From Candidatus Shapirobacteria bacterium (lineage in GTDB: Bacteria > Patescibacteriota > Microgenomatia > UBA12405 > BS750m-G30), in NCBI GenBank assembly GCA_043817235.1, contig JBDRHA010000006.1, positions 78,401 to 142,400 on the forward strand: 64,000 nucleotides of DNA, in the 5' to 3' direction. Positions 36,966 through 46,275 of this stretch are shown in pieces. Within the stretch, counting starts at the first letter, position 1, and each line of letters opens with the position of its first letter. The notes under the pieces were generated by a model that had not been told where the DNA came from, made no database searches, and worked only from the letters and a program-made list of their open reading frames with translations. Made by a program: the position numbers and the translations under genes.

Positions 36966-37855
36966 AAACCAACTAGCTCGATTTCTAATTCTAAATCAAT
37001 TTCAAATTTATTTTTAACCTCTTTTTGGATAAGTTCGATTAATTTAAAAACATCACTGGCGGTGGCGTTTTGGTCGTTAATAATATAATTCGCATGCAAA
37101 TCAGAAACCATTGCCCCGCCAATTCTTTTTCCTTTAAGATTAGCCTTGTCAATAAGCATGCCGGCGTAGTTATCTTTCGGATTTTTAAAAATACAGCCAG
37201 CGCCAAATCCTTTAGGCTCAGCAGCTGATCTTTTTTTAAGTTTAATTTCTATTACTTTTTTAATATCTGCGGGGTCGCTTTCTTGAAGCTGAAAAATGCT
37301 TTTAAGAATAATCGGCCTTTTCTCTAAAGAGGTTTTTTTAATCTTGCTGGTGCGATATTCAAAGCTTAGGAAACTTCTATTAACTGTTGTAATTTTACCT
37401 TGGGCAGTAAGCAAACTGGCCTTTTTAAAAACATCAGCTATGCATCCGCCATAAAAAGGTTCTTGGGGGGTGCCCGCATTATTGCAAATTGCACCTCCGA
37501 TAGTTCCCGGAATACCAGTCAAAAATTCCAAACCGGAGAGGCCGTTTTCTTGGCAAAAGTTCAAAGCTTCGGCGGTTAAGATGCCGGAAGAAACTTTAAG
37601 ACAGTTGTTTTTTAATTTTTTTATCTCTCGGTAAGAGTTTTTTACGACCAAGCCCCTAAAACCCCGATCACTAATAAGCAGATTTGATCCAACGCCGAGC
37701 AAAAATAGAGGAATTTTAAGTCGGCAGGCTAGTTTTTGGGCTTGGATTAGCTCTTCAGCACCGAGCGCTTCATAAAAATAATCCGCCGGGCCGCCGATTC
37801 TAAAGCTCGTGCATTCTTTTAAGCTAATATTTTTTTCGAGCTGACCCTTATTCAT
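36962..37855 (-). CDS. murB: UDP-N-acetylmuramate dehydrogenase
   Basis: IGGPAD, GSNLL, IPGTIGGA..NNAG, GCIFKNP, HANYI; start taken at ATG 37855. Confidence 0.94.
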   Translation of the reverse strand: MNKGQLEKNISLKECTSFRIGGPADYFYEALGAEELIQAQKLACRLKIPLFLLGVGSNLLISDRGFRGLVVKNSYREIKKLKNNCLKVSSGILTAEALNFCQENGLSGLEFLTGIPGTIGGAICNNAGTPQEPFYGGCIADVFKKASLLTAQGKITTVNRSFLSFEYRTSKIKKTSLEKRPIILKSIFQLQESDPADIKKVIEIKLKKRSAAEPKGFGAGCIFKNPKDNYAGMLIDKANLKGKRIGGAMVSDLHANYIINDQNATASDVFKLIELIQKEVKNKFEIDLELEIELVGF

Positions 37856-37871
37856 ATTAGTTCCTATTATA

Positions 37872-38672
37872 TTATATAGATTCCCACAGGAAATGATCGT
37901 GCGGAGGATCAAGGTCCTGGTTGAAATGTATCATGTGCTGGAATTCATGAACCAGAACAGATTTGAAGTCTTCGGACGCTAGGCCTATCCCATCAACCTG
38001 AGAAAGATTGATGTAGAACATCTCTCTTTCATTGGACCTAAGCTCTCCCCACCGCCCTGCGTCGACTGGATCGGGATATTCGTCTACCATGAAAAACACA
38101 CCAAGCCAATTGGGGTTGGTCACATCGTGGTTCTGTTGCAATAGAATTGTGAGCCTCTCGTCACCATCTCTTCCGGGTTTCCATTCGCCCCCGAACGTTG
38201 CCACAACCTTCTCATAGTCCTTGTCGAAGGCGCTAGCGAGGGCATCGAGAGCCTCTTCTGACACAGCCTGACCGTTTTCCACATACAGGTAAGCATGCGT
38301 ACCCGTAACCTGCAGAGTAGCAGTGATTTGCATCTGCGTGTATGTGCCATTGCTGCTCGTCAGGACCCAAAACGGCCTCTGCTCACCTACCTGTTCGGTT
38401 ATCACTCGTCCGGCCGCGTCTACTTTCCCCGCCGCCGAGAGTTCTGCAAGTGTTGGATCTGGACAGGGCACATTCCTGCTAACCCAATCAGCCAGCTCAT
38501 GCAACCTGGCCGTCCCACAAAACGCCCCCGCATTAAGTCCAGAGGCAGCAGGCAAGGAGCTAGGCTCTTGAGCCCAAACTGGCCAGTCAATCGATAGGAG
38601 AATGAATGAGACCATAACCAACGCAAACACAGAACCAACGGAGCCGAACCACTTTCTTCTTGACTGGATCAT
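37872..38672 (-). pseudogene. Truncated secreted zinc metallopeptidase (M30/M6-like) in the foreign segment
   Basis: Signal peptide (VWA), SNEREM, HEFQH; stops shortly after HExxH at the composition boundary. Confidence 0.6.
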
Positions 38673-38851
38673 TGCGATGCCTCCTGTGTGCTAATGGAAG
38701 CTAGAGAAGTACGGCAATAACGACCAAACAAGGAATGCAAGCGGCATGCATAGCCCATCGGCCGCCATCGAACCCACCGAGCTCTACACGGTTACTGTGG
38801 CGAGGTCGCAGCCTTGACCTTTCCTCAGCAAATTATCTCACGTGCTAGCAG

Positions 38852-39244
38852 CTAAGGGCTTGTCCCTGGCGAACCCAGGATCTCGTAACTCTGCACTTCG
38901 ATCAAACTTTCCTCGATGTAGCCTCTTGCTTGAATGTTCACGCTGCCCTCGCTAGCTAGCTCCCGCAACTCCTTTGCGTACTCACCAACAATCCCGTAAT
39001 TTCTTCCCTCGGGAGTCTCCAAGGCTAGCACAGCAAAAGGCTCATTTCCCGCTAATCGAATGCGGCCAACTACTGCCACTAGCTCCCTGTCTTCATCGGT
39101 AACAGGTGAAGGGCTCGAAGCCGGGGATGGGAGTGATTCTCGGATAGGCATCACGATGGTGCAACACACTAGGATCAAAGCCGATAACAATGCCACTAGC
39201 AAGACAAGTGCTGCCGCGACACGAAATCTCACGAGGCTCCGCAT
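38852..39244 (-). CDS. Small exported or membrane protein
   Basis: Hydrophobic N-terminus, SP linker, beta-rich C-terminus; start taken at ATG 39244. Confidence 0.5.
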   Translation of the reverse strand: MRSLVRFRVAAALVLLVALLSALILVCCTIVMPIRESLPSPASSPSPVTDEDRELVAVVGRIRLAGNEPFAVLALETPEGRNYGIVGEYAKELRELASEGSVNIQARGYIEESLIEVQSYEILGSPGTSP

Positions 39245-39783
39245 GGCTCTTTCGAATCCCCTGTTGTCCACAGGAATGATATTACCAATCTGGAGGTCAA
39301 GAATCAACGCGAGCGCCCACCACTCAGCAATCGCGTTGCGCAAGGCTTGTTACTTGTTAGAGGAACGACGTTTACCCAAGCAGGGATTGTCGACCGTGAT
39401 GGCAAGGAAGGAAGGGACGTTCCGCAGTCGACTAAGGTGAAGAAGAGCAAGATGTACGATAGGTTCTGCTCTTCAAAAAACCGCGCCTCATCGAGGCACC
39501 TACCAATCATTGAAAGACTACCACAGAACCTGATTCCTGTCAAATTTGCCATGGAGAGTGCGGGAAAGCCAGAACAACCTTCTGCACCCGGCCACAGAGC
39601 CAAAAGTACCACCCGTTCCCGAAAAGCCGGCTACTCCTATGGCCTGCTCGCGGTCACTTGTGTAGCATACACTCATAGAAGTACGCTCGCCCGCCGTTTT
39701 CCAGCACTCTCCCACGGTGGGATCTCACACCCACCCTCACACCGCATCTTCAAACTGATCCGTAGCCACCCACCGAGACCCAA

Positions 39784-40285
39784 TCAGTCACTGATCATCC
39801 CCATCCGCTCCAAATCCTTCAAAGCGGACCTATACGACAACCCCTTCACTTCGGCATACAGGGAGACGGCATTGCCAACCCTGAAATCGTGAAAGCAGAC
39901 CCACCTTCCCACTCCCCCTGGATTTGGATAGACAGCAAAGGAGTGGTGAGATTCCTCATGAAGCGGGCACAGGCCCGTGTAATAGGCTCCCCTATCCTCG
40001 AGTTGAGTGAAGAGGCGGGCCACCGCCACCACGTCCGCCTCGGGCACATCAATCGCTTCTCTCCTTCTCCGCCCGGGCCTGCGCTCCGAGACCTCGGCAA
40101 CAGCCTTCCCCACAGCATCCCTATCGACCCTTACCACCTTGTCCAAGTAGTCGAGCTGCTCGCTTAGATTCCTTCCCACCCGCTCCAACGACTCTGGATC
40201 CAGGAAACCATAGCGCTCTCCGGTCACCCGATGTACGCCCAGAGGACCTCGCACCAGGGACCCGTAGCCTCTCGCCGAGATCCTG
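39784..40285 (-). pseudogene. C-terminal part of an AEP-type primase with CHC2 zinc finger (5' end missing)
   Basis: GYGSLVRGPLGVHRVTG and GLCPLHEE...SFAVY...WVCF; the N-terminus of the ORF is antisense of the host gene. Confidence 0.65.
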
Positions 40286-40587
40286 TCTTGCTTGGGGCTA
40301 CAACTTTTTGGGTGATTGAAAATAAAGAGATTGTAAAAATGTATTGGAGCTGGGAAACAATGGCTAAATATCCAAGGGAAATGTTTTCCTCGCCCCGCCT
40401 TCTTTATTGGGCGGTGCATTCAGTTGTCCCGGTCATTTTTCTTGCTGTTGTGCCGACCCAGGTTATTATGAACTATTTGGAGTGGCCGCTGATTATAAGT
40501 GCTTTTTTTGTAACGCTAACTCTGGCTGTTTTGAGCAAAAAAGCTTGGCAAGCGGGGGTAAAAAGATACAGCGGCGTTTCGACTTAA
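40285..40587 (+). pseudogene. C-terminal remnant of an ABC-2 family permease (DUF990-like)
   Basis: TFW...AKYP..F...VVP...VP...W..GVKRYSG; N-terminus replaced by foreign DNA. Confidence 0.65.
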
Positions 40588-40591
40588 ATAC

Positions 40592-40620
40592 TTGACAGCG
40601 TATAAAGAAAGCTTTATAAT
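40592..40620 (+). promoter_or_regulatory. Consensus promoter with an overlapping inverted-repeat operator (TA autoregulation)
   Basis: TTGACA-17-TATAAT; TATAAAG-n4-CTTTATA at 40601-40618; ATG 6 nt downstream. Confidence 0.75.
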
Positions 40621-40626
40621 TTCATA

Positions 40627-40929
40627 ATGAATACTTTAGGTTTCTCTTTTGTTGGGAGCTATGAACTAAGAAAAGATTTGCCCCTTTTAATAAAAAGTTT
40701 AAATAAAAAAAGAGGAGAAGTAGTGGTTACACAAAAAGGCAAGCCGGCGGCGGTTCTATTGTCTTTGAAGAGATATTCAGAGTTGAACTTGTTGACTGAG
40801 GAGTTAGAGGAGGCAATTAGAGAGATGGCTGATAAGCGAGAACTCCAAGAGCTCTTGCGGGAAAGAGAAGAGATTAAAAAAGGAAAAGGAAAAGAGGCTG
40901 AGGATTTATTTAAAGAACTGGGAATCTGA
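40627..40929 (+). CDS. Phd/YefM-family antitoxin
   Basis: ELR..L...VVVTQKGKPAAVLLS...Y; directly upstream of the toxin. Confidence 0.85.
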   Translation: MNTLGFSFVGSYELRKDLPLLIKSLNKKRGEVVVTQKGKPAAVLLSLKRYSELNLLTEELEEAIREMADKRELQELLREREEIKKGKGKEAEDLFKELGI

Positions 40930-41187
40930 ATGTATAGAGCATTGTTCGGCCGGAAAGCGCAAAAATCCTTAAGAAAAATTCCCAAAAGATATCAAATTAA
41001 AGTTAAAGAAGCTGTACTCAAACTAAAAGACAACCCCTTTTGTTATGGCACAATTAAGCTTTCGGGTTATTCTGTAGCTGAGTATCGTCATCGAGTAGGA
41101 GATTATCGAATTCTTTTTGATATTTGGGAAGAAAAAGAGAGAATTTTAATTTTAGATATCAAAAGAAGGACCTCTACTACTTATTAA
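40930..41187 (+). CDS. relE: RelE/ParE-family toxin
   Basis: A.K.LRKIP...KL.G...YRHRVGDYRILF...I..R. Confidence 0.88.
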   Translation: MYRALFGRKAQKSLRKIPKRYQIKVKEAVLKLKDNPFCYGTIKLSGYSVAEYRHRVGDYRILFDIWEEKERILILDIKRRTSTTY

Positions 41188-42226
41188 TTAACTCTTCCAA
41201 AATCCGCCACCTTCGTTTTTTTTCCGGTGGAGAAACATCGTCTTTAAGCTTGGTCGCTATTGTTCCTGGGCGAGGGGAGTATTTGGCTAAATATGCTTTT
41301 TGGAAGCCGATTTTTTTAGCTAGCTTAACCGTATTTTGAAATTGTTTTTTTGTTTCTGTGGGAAAGCCGACAATAACATCTGTGGTAAATAATACTTCGG
41401 GAATTGCCCTTTTAATTTTATTAACTAAATTTAGATATTCTTTAGCCATATAGGGCCGGTTCATTTTTTTTAAAATAGCATCATCTCCGGACTGCAAGGG
41501 CAAGTGAATCTCTCGGCTGATATTTTTATTTTCGGCAATCACCTTAATCAGCTCATCAGAAAAATCCCAAGGGTTGGCCGAAAGAAAACTAATTTTTTTA
41601 ACGTTCTTAATTTTAGCTATTTTTTCTAAAAGCTCGGGAAAAGAAGTATTTTTTAAATCTTTTCCGTAAGAATTAATATTTTGGCCGAGCAATAATATTT
41701 CAGAAAATCCATCTTTAAGAGCTTTTTTTACTTCAGCAAATATTACTTTTTCCGGCCGGGAAATTTCTTTTCCCCGGCCAAAAGGAACAATGCAATAAGA
41801 ACAAAAGTGATTACAGCCGTTGGAAATGGGAATTAAAGCTAAATTATTTTTAGCTCTTTTTGGTTTTACTAAAAAACCAGCCAAGTCTTCGATTAAAACC
41901 ATTTTAATTTTTAGGCCAATTCTTTTTTGGAGCACTTTAAGATTTTTATGTGTTTTGTCTAAAAGCGCCCAGCCGGCCAAGCAGCCGGTTAAAATAATTT
42001 GGCCCTGATAATTTTTCTTTTTTAAGTTATTAATTAGGCCATATGCCCGATTTTCGGCTGACTTGCGGACAATACAGCTATTTATAATAATTACTTTTGC
42101 TTTCGCAATATTTTTTGTTTCTCGATGGCCTCGAGAGTTAAAAATGCTTTTTATTCTTTCCGAATCCGCCTCATTCATGGCGCAGCCAAAAGTTTTTAAG
42201 TAATAAGTTCTTATTTTATTTGCCAT
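41177..42226 (-). CDS. miaB: MiaB/RimO-family radical SAM methylthiotransferase lacking a TRAM domain
   Basis: TFGCAMN, NSCIVR, CNHFCSYC, HLPLQSG, DVIVGFP, YSPRPGT. Confidence 0.85.
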   Translation of the reverse strand: MANKIRTYYLKTFGCAMNEADSERIKSIFNSRGHRETKNIAKAKVIIINSCIVRKSAENRAYGLINNLKKKNYQGQIILTGCLAGWALLDKTHKNLKVLQKRIGLKIKMVLIEDLAGFLVKPKRAKNNLALIPISNGCNHFCSYCIVPFGRGKEISRPEKVIFAEVKKALKDGFSEILLLGQNINSYGKDLKNTSFPELLEKIAKIKNVKKISFLSANPWDFSDELIKVIAENKNISREIHLPLQSGDDAILKKMNRPYMAKEYLNLVNKIKRAIPEVLFTTDVIVGFPTETKKQFQNTVKLAKKIGFQKAYLAKYSPRPGTIATKLKDDVSPPEKKRRWRILEELINK

Positions 42227-42295
42227 TAATGAGCGATAATAACACATTAAATTTAGGCCTTGACAAATAAATTAAATTTCGGCATTTTAAGATTG

Positions 42296-42868
42296 ATGAT
42301 TTTATCCGATCAAGATTTGCTCTTAGCGATAGAAGAAAAAAAATTAGTAATCGATCCTTTTGATCCCCAGCGGGTCCAGCCCTCTAGTTATGATCTTCAC
42401 TTAGACGAAAAAGTTTTAGTTTTTGAAAACCATCTTTTGGCAGTAATGGATGTTCGGGAAAAAGCAGAAGCTACGCGGTTAGTTGAAATCGATGAAAAAA
42501 AGGGATTTATTTTGCATCCGGGGGAATTCATTTTAGGCAATACCCAAGAAAAATTCGTTATTCCTAATGACTTAGCGGCTAAGCTTGAAGGCAGAAGCTC
42601 TTTGGGGAGAATTGGCCTAATTATCCATGCAACGGCTGGCTATGTGGATCCGGGTTTTTCCGGCCAGCTCACTTTTGAGATTTCCAATATTTCCCGATTG
42701 CCAATTAGAATTTTCCCTAAAATGCGCATTGCCCAAATCTGCTTTATTCAGATGACCAGTCCTGCTAAAGTTCCTTATGGCAGCCCAAAATTAGGCAGCA
42801 AATATAAAGGCCAAATGGGGCCAACCGAGAGCAGGATCTATAAAGACTTTGCCAAAAAGAGAAAATAA
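42296..42868 (+). CDS. dcd: dCTP deaminase
   Basis: MILSD, QPSSYDL, EGRSSLGR, AGYVDPGF, SKYKGQ. Confidence 0.95.
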   Translation: MILSDQDLLLAIEEKKLVIDPFDPQRVQPSSYDLHLDEKVLVFENHLLAVMDVREKAEATRLVEIDEKKGFILHPGEFILGNTQEKFVIPNDLAAKLEGRSSLGRIGLIIHATAGYVDPGFSGQLTFEISNISRLPIRIFPKMRIAQICFIQMTSPAKVPYGSPKLGSKYKGQMGPTESRIYKDFAKKRK

Positions 42869-42919
42869 TCTTATGCTATTATTGGTTAGTTATAAAACTC
42901 CTGCCCTGCCTGCACTTAA

Positions 42920-43876
42920 ATGCGAAAAGAACTAGATCCAACTTATATTAAGCAAGATGATGGCAGTTTAGTAGTGAGAGCAAGAACTCCTGGAGGGGAA
43001 ATAGTCGAAAATCTTGTTGATCGTCAGTCTCTAAATTTAGATGTTGATTATACGGATGAGCAAGGTAGCCCAAGAGTTGCTCGAATTGTTCTTGAACCTC
43101 AAATTTCAAATGTGCTAAGAGTAGATGAAATTTTGCCCAAAGACTACCAATTACATTTTTTAGCGGCAAGAAATTGCTATTCAGGTTCGTCGGACGAAGA
43201 ATTGCTTTTAGAGGCGAGAAATATTCCCAGGAAGGAAGCGGATAACTTTCTTGATAAGAATATTGTTAAACCCGGGCACTGGTCTGTTCTAGAGCATGCT
43301 CGATATGTTTATTTAATCAGCGGTATTTCGAGAGTTTGTAGTCATCAGATGGTTAGGCACAGACACATTAGTTGTAGTCAGCAAAGTCAGCGTTACACCG
43401 ATCCTATGGCTGTAGCTCTTGAAGGACAAGAGGGCGTTTTCACCTTTGTAATCCCCCCTCAATTTCGCTACGAGCAACCTGTTGTTGAAGAATATTTGAA
43501 GAGCATGAAAGAAATGATGTCTAGGTGTCTTTCTTTTAGAGCCAGGGGAGCTAAGCCTGAAGATGTCCGCTTTCTTTTTCCTAATGCGGCTACCACCAGA
43601 ATTGTTATGTCGGGAAACTTAAGGATGTGGATGGAGTTAATTCCAAAGCGTATTTGCGCCACAGCTCAACAGGAAATTGACATGGTAGTTACCCAAGTTG
43701 CGGAACAATTATGGGAAGGACTATCTTATATTGGCAACAATATCGGACCTGCTTGCTCGAAGGGCAGTTGTAATCAGGGAAAGAGAAATTGTGGGAAGTC
43801 GTTGGGGAAATCGATTACTGCTTTTTTTGGCGACGAAATTTATCCGCATGATTCCCTAATTTTTGGTATGCGCTAA
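42920..43876 (+). CDS. thyX: FAD-dependent thymidylate synthase
   Basis: GHWSVLEH, RHRx7S (RHRHISCSQQS)QRY, EDVRFLFP. Confidence 0.9.
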   Translation: MRKELDPTYIKQDDGSLVVRARTPGGEIVENLVDRQSLNLDVDYTDEQGSPRVARIVLEPQISNVLRVDEILPKDYQLHFLAARNCYSGSSDEELLLEARNIPRKEADNFLDKNIVKPGHWSVLEHARYVYLISGISRVCSHQMVRHRHISCSQQSQRYTDPMAVALEGQEGVFTFVIPPQFRYEQPVVEEYLKSMKEMMSRCLSFRARGAKPEDVRFLFPNAATTRIVMSGNLRMWMELIPKRICATAQQEIDMVVTQVAEQLWEGLSYIGNNIGPACSKGSCNQGKRNCGKSLGKSITAFFGDEIYPHDSLIFGMR

Positions 43877-43878
43877 AG

Positions 43879-44408
43879 ATGGACATAAAAATGGGGAAAC
43901 ACCCTTTTCCAGGATTATATGTCGCTTTTGAAGGAATTGGGGGATGCGGGAAAACTACCCAGTTAATGCGTTTAAAAAAAGAATTAGGGGCCTCATGTTC
44001 GGAAAGGGTGCTTTGGTTTCGGGAGCCAGGAGGAACCGAATTTTCCGAGGGTATAAGAAAGTTAATTTTAGATGCGGAATCTCCAGAATGTTCTGTTCTT
44101 ACAGAACTTTTTGCTTTTGCGACTGCTCGATCAGATACATTAGAAAAAATAGTTCGGCCTGCATTGCAAAAAGGAGAGCGTGGACTAATGACGACCGATT
44201 TGATCTAAAAGGCCTTGAGTTTACAGAAAGCACCCAAGAGGGGTATAAATTTTTCGCACAGAAGTTTTCAGACAGAGTGGCAACTGTAAGCGGAGAGGGC
44301 AGTCAGGAGGCTATTGGAGAGAAGATTAGGGAAATCGTTTTAGCTAAAGCGGGAGAGAAGGGCCTATTAAGGAGGGAGGGAGCAGTAATTCGGGAAAGGG
44401 GAATGTGA
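43879..44408 (+). pseudogene. tmk: Thymidylate kinase with an internal deletion and frameshift near 44178
   Basis: FEGIGGCGKTT, REPGGT and IVRPAL in one frame; DRFD..GLEF...EGY in another; central DR motif region absent. Confidence 0.75.
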
Positions 44409-44422
44409 TATAATAGCTAAAT

Positions 44423-44470
44423 TACGCACACCGAGAGTTCCTCCTAATAGTTTTTTTCTCGGTGGAGGCA
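44423..44470 (+). promoter_or_regulatory. rpsB (S2) leader-like structure
   Basis: ACGCACACCGAGA...TCTCGGTGGAGGC hairpin just after TGATATAAT, upstream of rpsB. Confidence 0.5.
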
Positions 44471-44486
44471 AAAGGAGGGAAAAAAA

Positions 44487-45254
44487 GTGAAGAATAAAGC
44501 GTTAAAAGTGAAAAAGTCAAGCCGGGTTAAAAAAAGCAAAACTCGCTCGGCTGATTTGCTTTCCCCAATTGATTTAAAAGCTTTGTTGGAGGCAGGTTGT
44601 CATTTTGGCCATCGAGTTTCTAAAACTCACCCCAAGGCTCAGTCCTTTTTGTATGGTAAAAAAGGAGGAGTGCAAATTTTTGATTTGATTAAAACAGCTA
44701 AGTGTTTGGAAGAAGCCAGGAATTTTATTTTTAAGTTAGTATCTTCGAAAGAAGTGGTGCTTTTAGTAGGAACCAAAAGGCAAGCTAAAAAGGCAATTAA
44801 GCAAATAGCTGTGCAGACTCAAATGCCTTATGTTCATAGCCGCTGGCTTGGAGGCACTTTAACTAACTGGGAAGAAATTAGCAGGCGGGTGAAAAGACTA
44901 GAAAAACTAACTAGGCAAATGAAAGAAGGGGATTTTAAAGGAAGAACAAAAAGAGAGCAGTCTTTACTTAGAAAAGAAATTGCGGATTTAAAGGAGAAGT
45001 TTGGTGGTTTAACTAGACTTAAGGGTTTGCCGGGAGCATTGTTTATTATAGATATAGTGCGAGAAAAGATTGCCTTGCAGGAGGCAATTCAAGCAAAAGT
45101 GCCGGTAGTAGCAATTGCCGATAGCAACGCTGACCCGACCTTGGCTGCTTATCCTATTCCGGCTAACGACGATGCGCGCAGAAGCATTGAGTTAATTACC
45201 AATATTATTGGCGAGGCGATTAAAAAGGGAGAAGAGGGCAGTGGAAAAAAATAA
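44487..45254 (+). CDS. rpsB: 30S ribosomal protein S2
   Basis: LLEAGCHFGH, VGTK, RWLGGTLTN, PANDD. Confidence 0.96.
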   Translation: MKNKALKVKKSSRVKKSKTRSADLLSPIDLKALLEAGCHFGHRVSKTHPKAQSFLYGKKGGVQIFDLIKTAKCLEEARNFIFKLVSSKEVVLLVGTKRQAKKAIKQIAVQTQMPYVHSRWLGGTLTNWEEISRRVKRLEKLTRQMKEGDFKGRTKREQSLLRKEIADLKEKFGGLTRLKGLPGALFIIDIVREKIALQEAIQAKVPVVAIADSNADPTLAAYPIPANDDARRSIELITNIIGEAIKKGEEGSGKK

Positions 45255-45699
45255 ATTACTAAAACAAGTAAAAAAATTAAGAGAGGAAACGGGAACCGGG
45301 ATAATGGCTTGCAAAAAGGCCCTGGAGGAGTCTGGGGGAGATTATAAAAAGGCTTTTTTACTGGTAAAAAAGAAGGGGTTGGACAAGGCCCAGGAAAAAA
45401 AAGAAAGAGCTACTAAAGAGGGCTATGTGGCCACCTATACCCATGCCACCGGAAAAGTAGGCGCGATGGTATCACTGCTATGCGAAACTGATTTTGTTTC
45501 CCGCAGTCCTGATTTTAAAAAATTGGCTAGTGAAATTTGCTTGCAGGTTTCAGCGATGAATCCAAAAAATGTAAAATCTCTTTTGAAGCAGGATTATATA
45601 CGCGAGCCGGAAAAAAAGGTCAGCCACTTGATTGATGAGGCGATTGCCAAATTTGGAGAAAATATTCAGATAGGGGATTTTAAGAGAATAAGCATTTAA
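45241..45699 (+). CDS. tsf: Elongation factor Ts (short form)
   Basis: VKKLREETG.GIMACKKAL, CETDFV, GENI; GTG start at 45241. Confidence 0.93.
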   Translation: MEKNKLLKQVKKLREETGTGIMACKKALEESGGDYKKAFLLVKKKGLDKAQEKKERATKEGYVATYTHATGKVGAMVSLLCETDFVSRSPDFKKLASEICLQVSAMNPKNVKSLLKQDYIREPEKKVSHLIDEAIAKFGENIQIGDFKRISI

Positions 45700-45700
45700 G

Positions 45701-46255
45701 CTACTGTCTCAAAATTTCTTTTTCTTTCTCCTTATTGATCTCGTCTGTTTTAGCTGAATACTCGTCGGTGATTTTTTGTAAAAGATCTTCTAGCCGGCGA
45801 TATTCATCTTCACTAATCCTTTTTTCTTTTTGATCTTCTTGAAGAGCGCGGCGATGCTCAGAGCGGATATCCCTAATCATTACTTTAGCTGCTTCTGTTT
45901 TTTTATTAAGCAATTTAAGATAATCCTGGCGTTGCTGGGCGGTGAGCGGGGGAAGCGAGATTCTAATTATTTCGCCTTCAATAACGGGATTAAATCCTAA
46001 GTTTTGGTTGTCAATTTGATTTTTAATCTCTTTAATAATACTTTTGTCCCAAGCTTGCAAAACCAAGCTTCGGGGGTCTGGGGCAGTGATTGTTCCTACT
46101 TCTTTTAAAGAAAGCCTTTGTTCGCCGTTATAAACATTAATTATAATATCTTCAATTAAAGCCGGAGTGGCTCGGCCGGTGCGCAAAACAGCCGTATCTT
46201 GCTTATAAAGATCAATAACCTGCTCCATTTCTTTTCTTATTTGTTTATCATCCAT
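45701..46255 (-). CDS. frr: Ribosome recycling factor
   Basis: LRTGRATP, LPPLT, ISEDE, KEKEI. Confidence 0.95.
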   Translation of the reverse strand: MDDKQIRKEMEQVIDLYKQDTAVLRTGRATPALIEDIIINVYNGEQRLSLKEVGTITAPDPRSLVLQAWDKSIIKEIKNQIDNQNLGFNPVIEGEIIRISLPPLTAQQRQDYLKLLNKKTEAAKVMIRDIRSEHRRALQEDQKEKRISEDEYRRLEDLLQKITDEYSAKTDEINKEKEKEILRQ

Positions 46256-46275
46256 GGTTAAAGTATACTACAAGA
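46256..46275. promoter_or_regulatory. Bidirectional palindromic -10 element for leaderless frr and rseP
   Basis: AGTATACT gives TATACT on both strands, each 6 nt from an ATG. Confidence 0.65.

Larger units (their letters stand above)
37880..40285. other. Compositionally foreign (GC-richer) segment
   Basis: Abrupt loss of A/T homopolymer runs; broken genes at both ends. Confidence 0.7.

Noticed and set aside
39060-39892. Several overlapping ORFs in the GC-rich segment
   Set aside because: No motifs or clear RBS; long spurious ORFs are expected in GC-richer DNA
39784-40419. 211-aa ORF as an intact gene
   Set aside because: Its N-terminal ~45 aa are antisense of the ABC-2 permease remnant; it is a junction artefact
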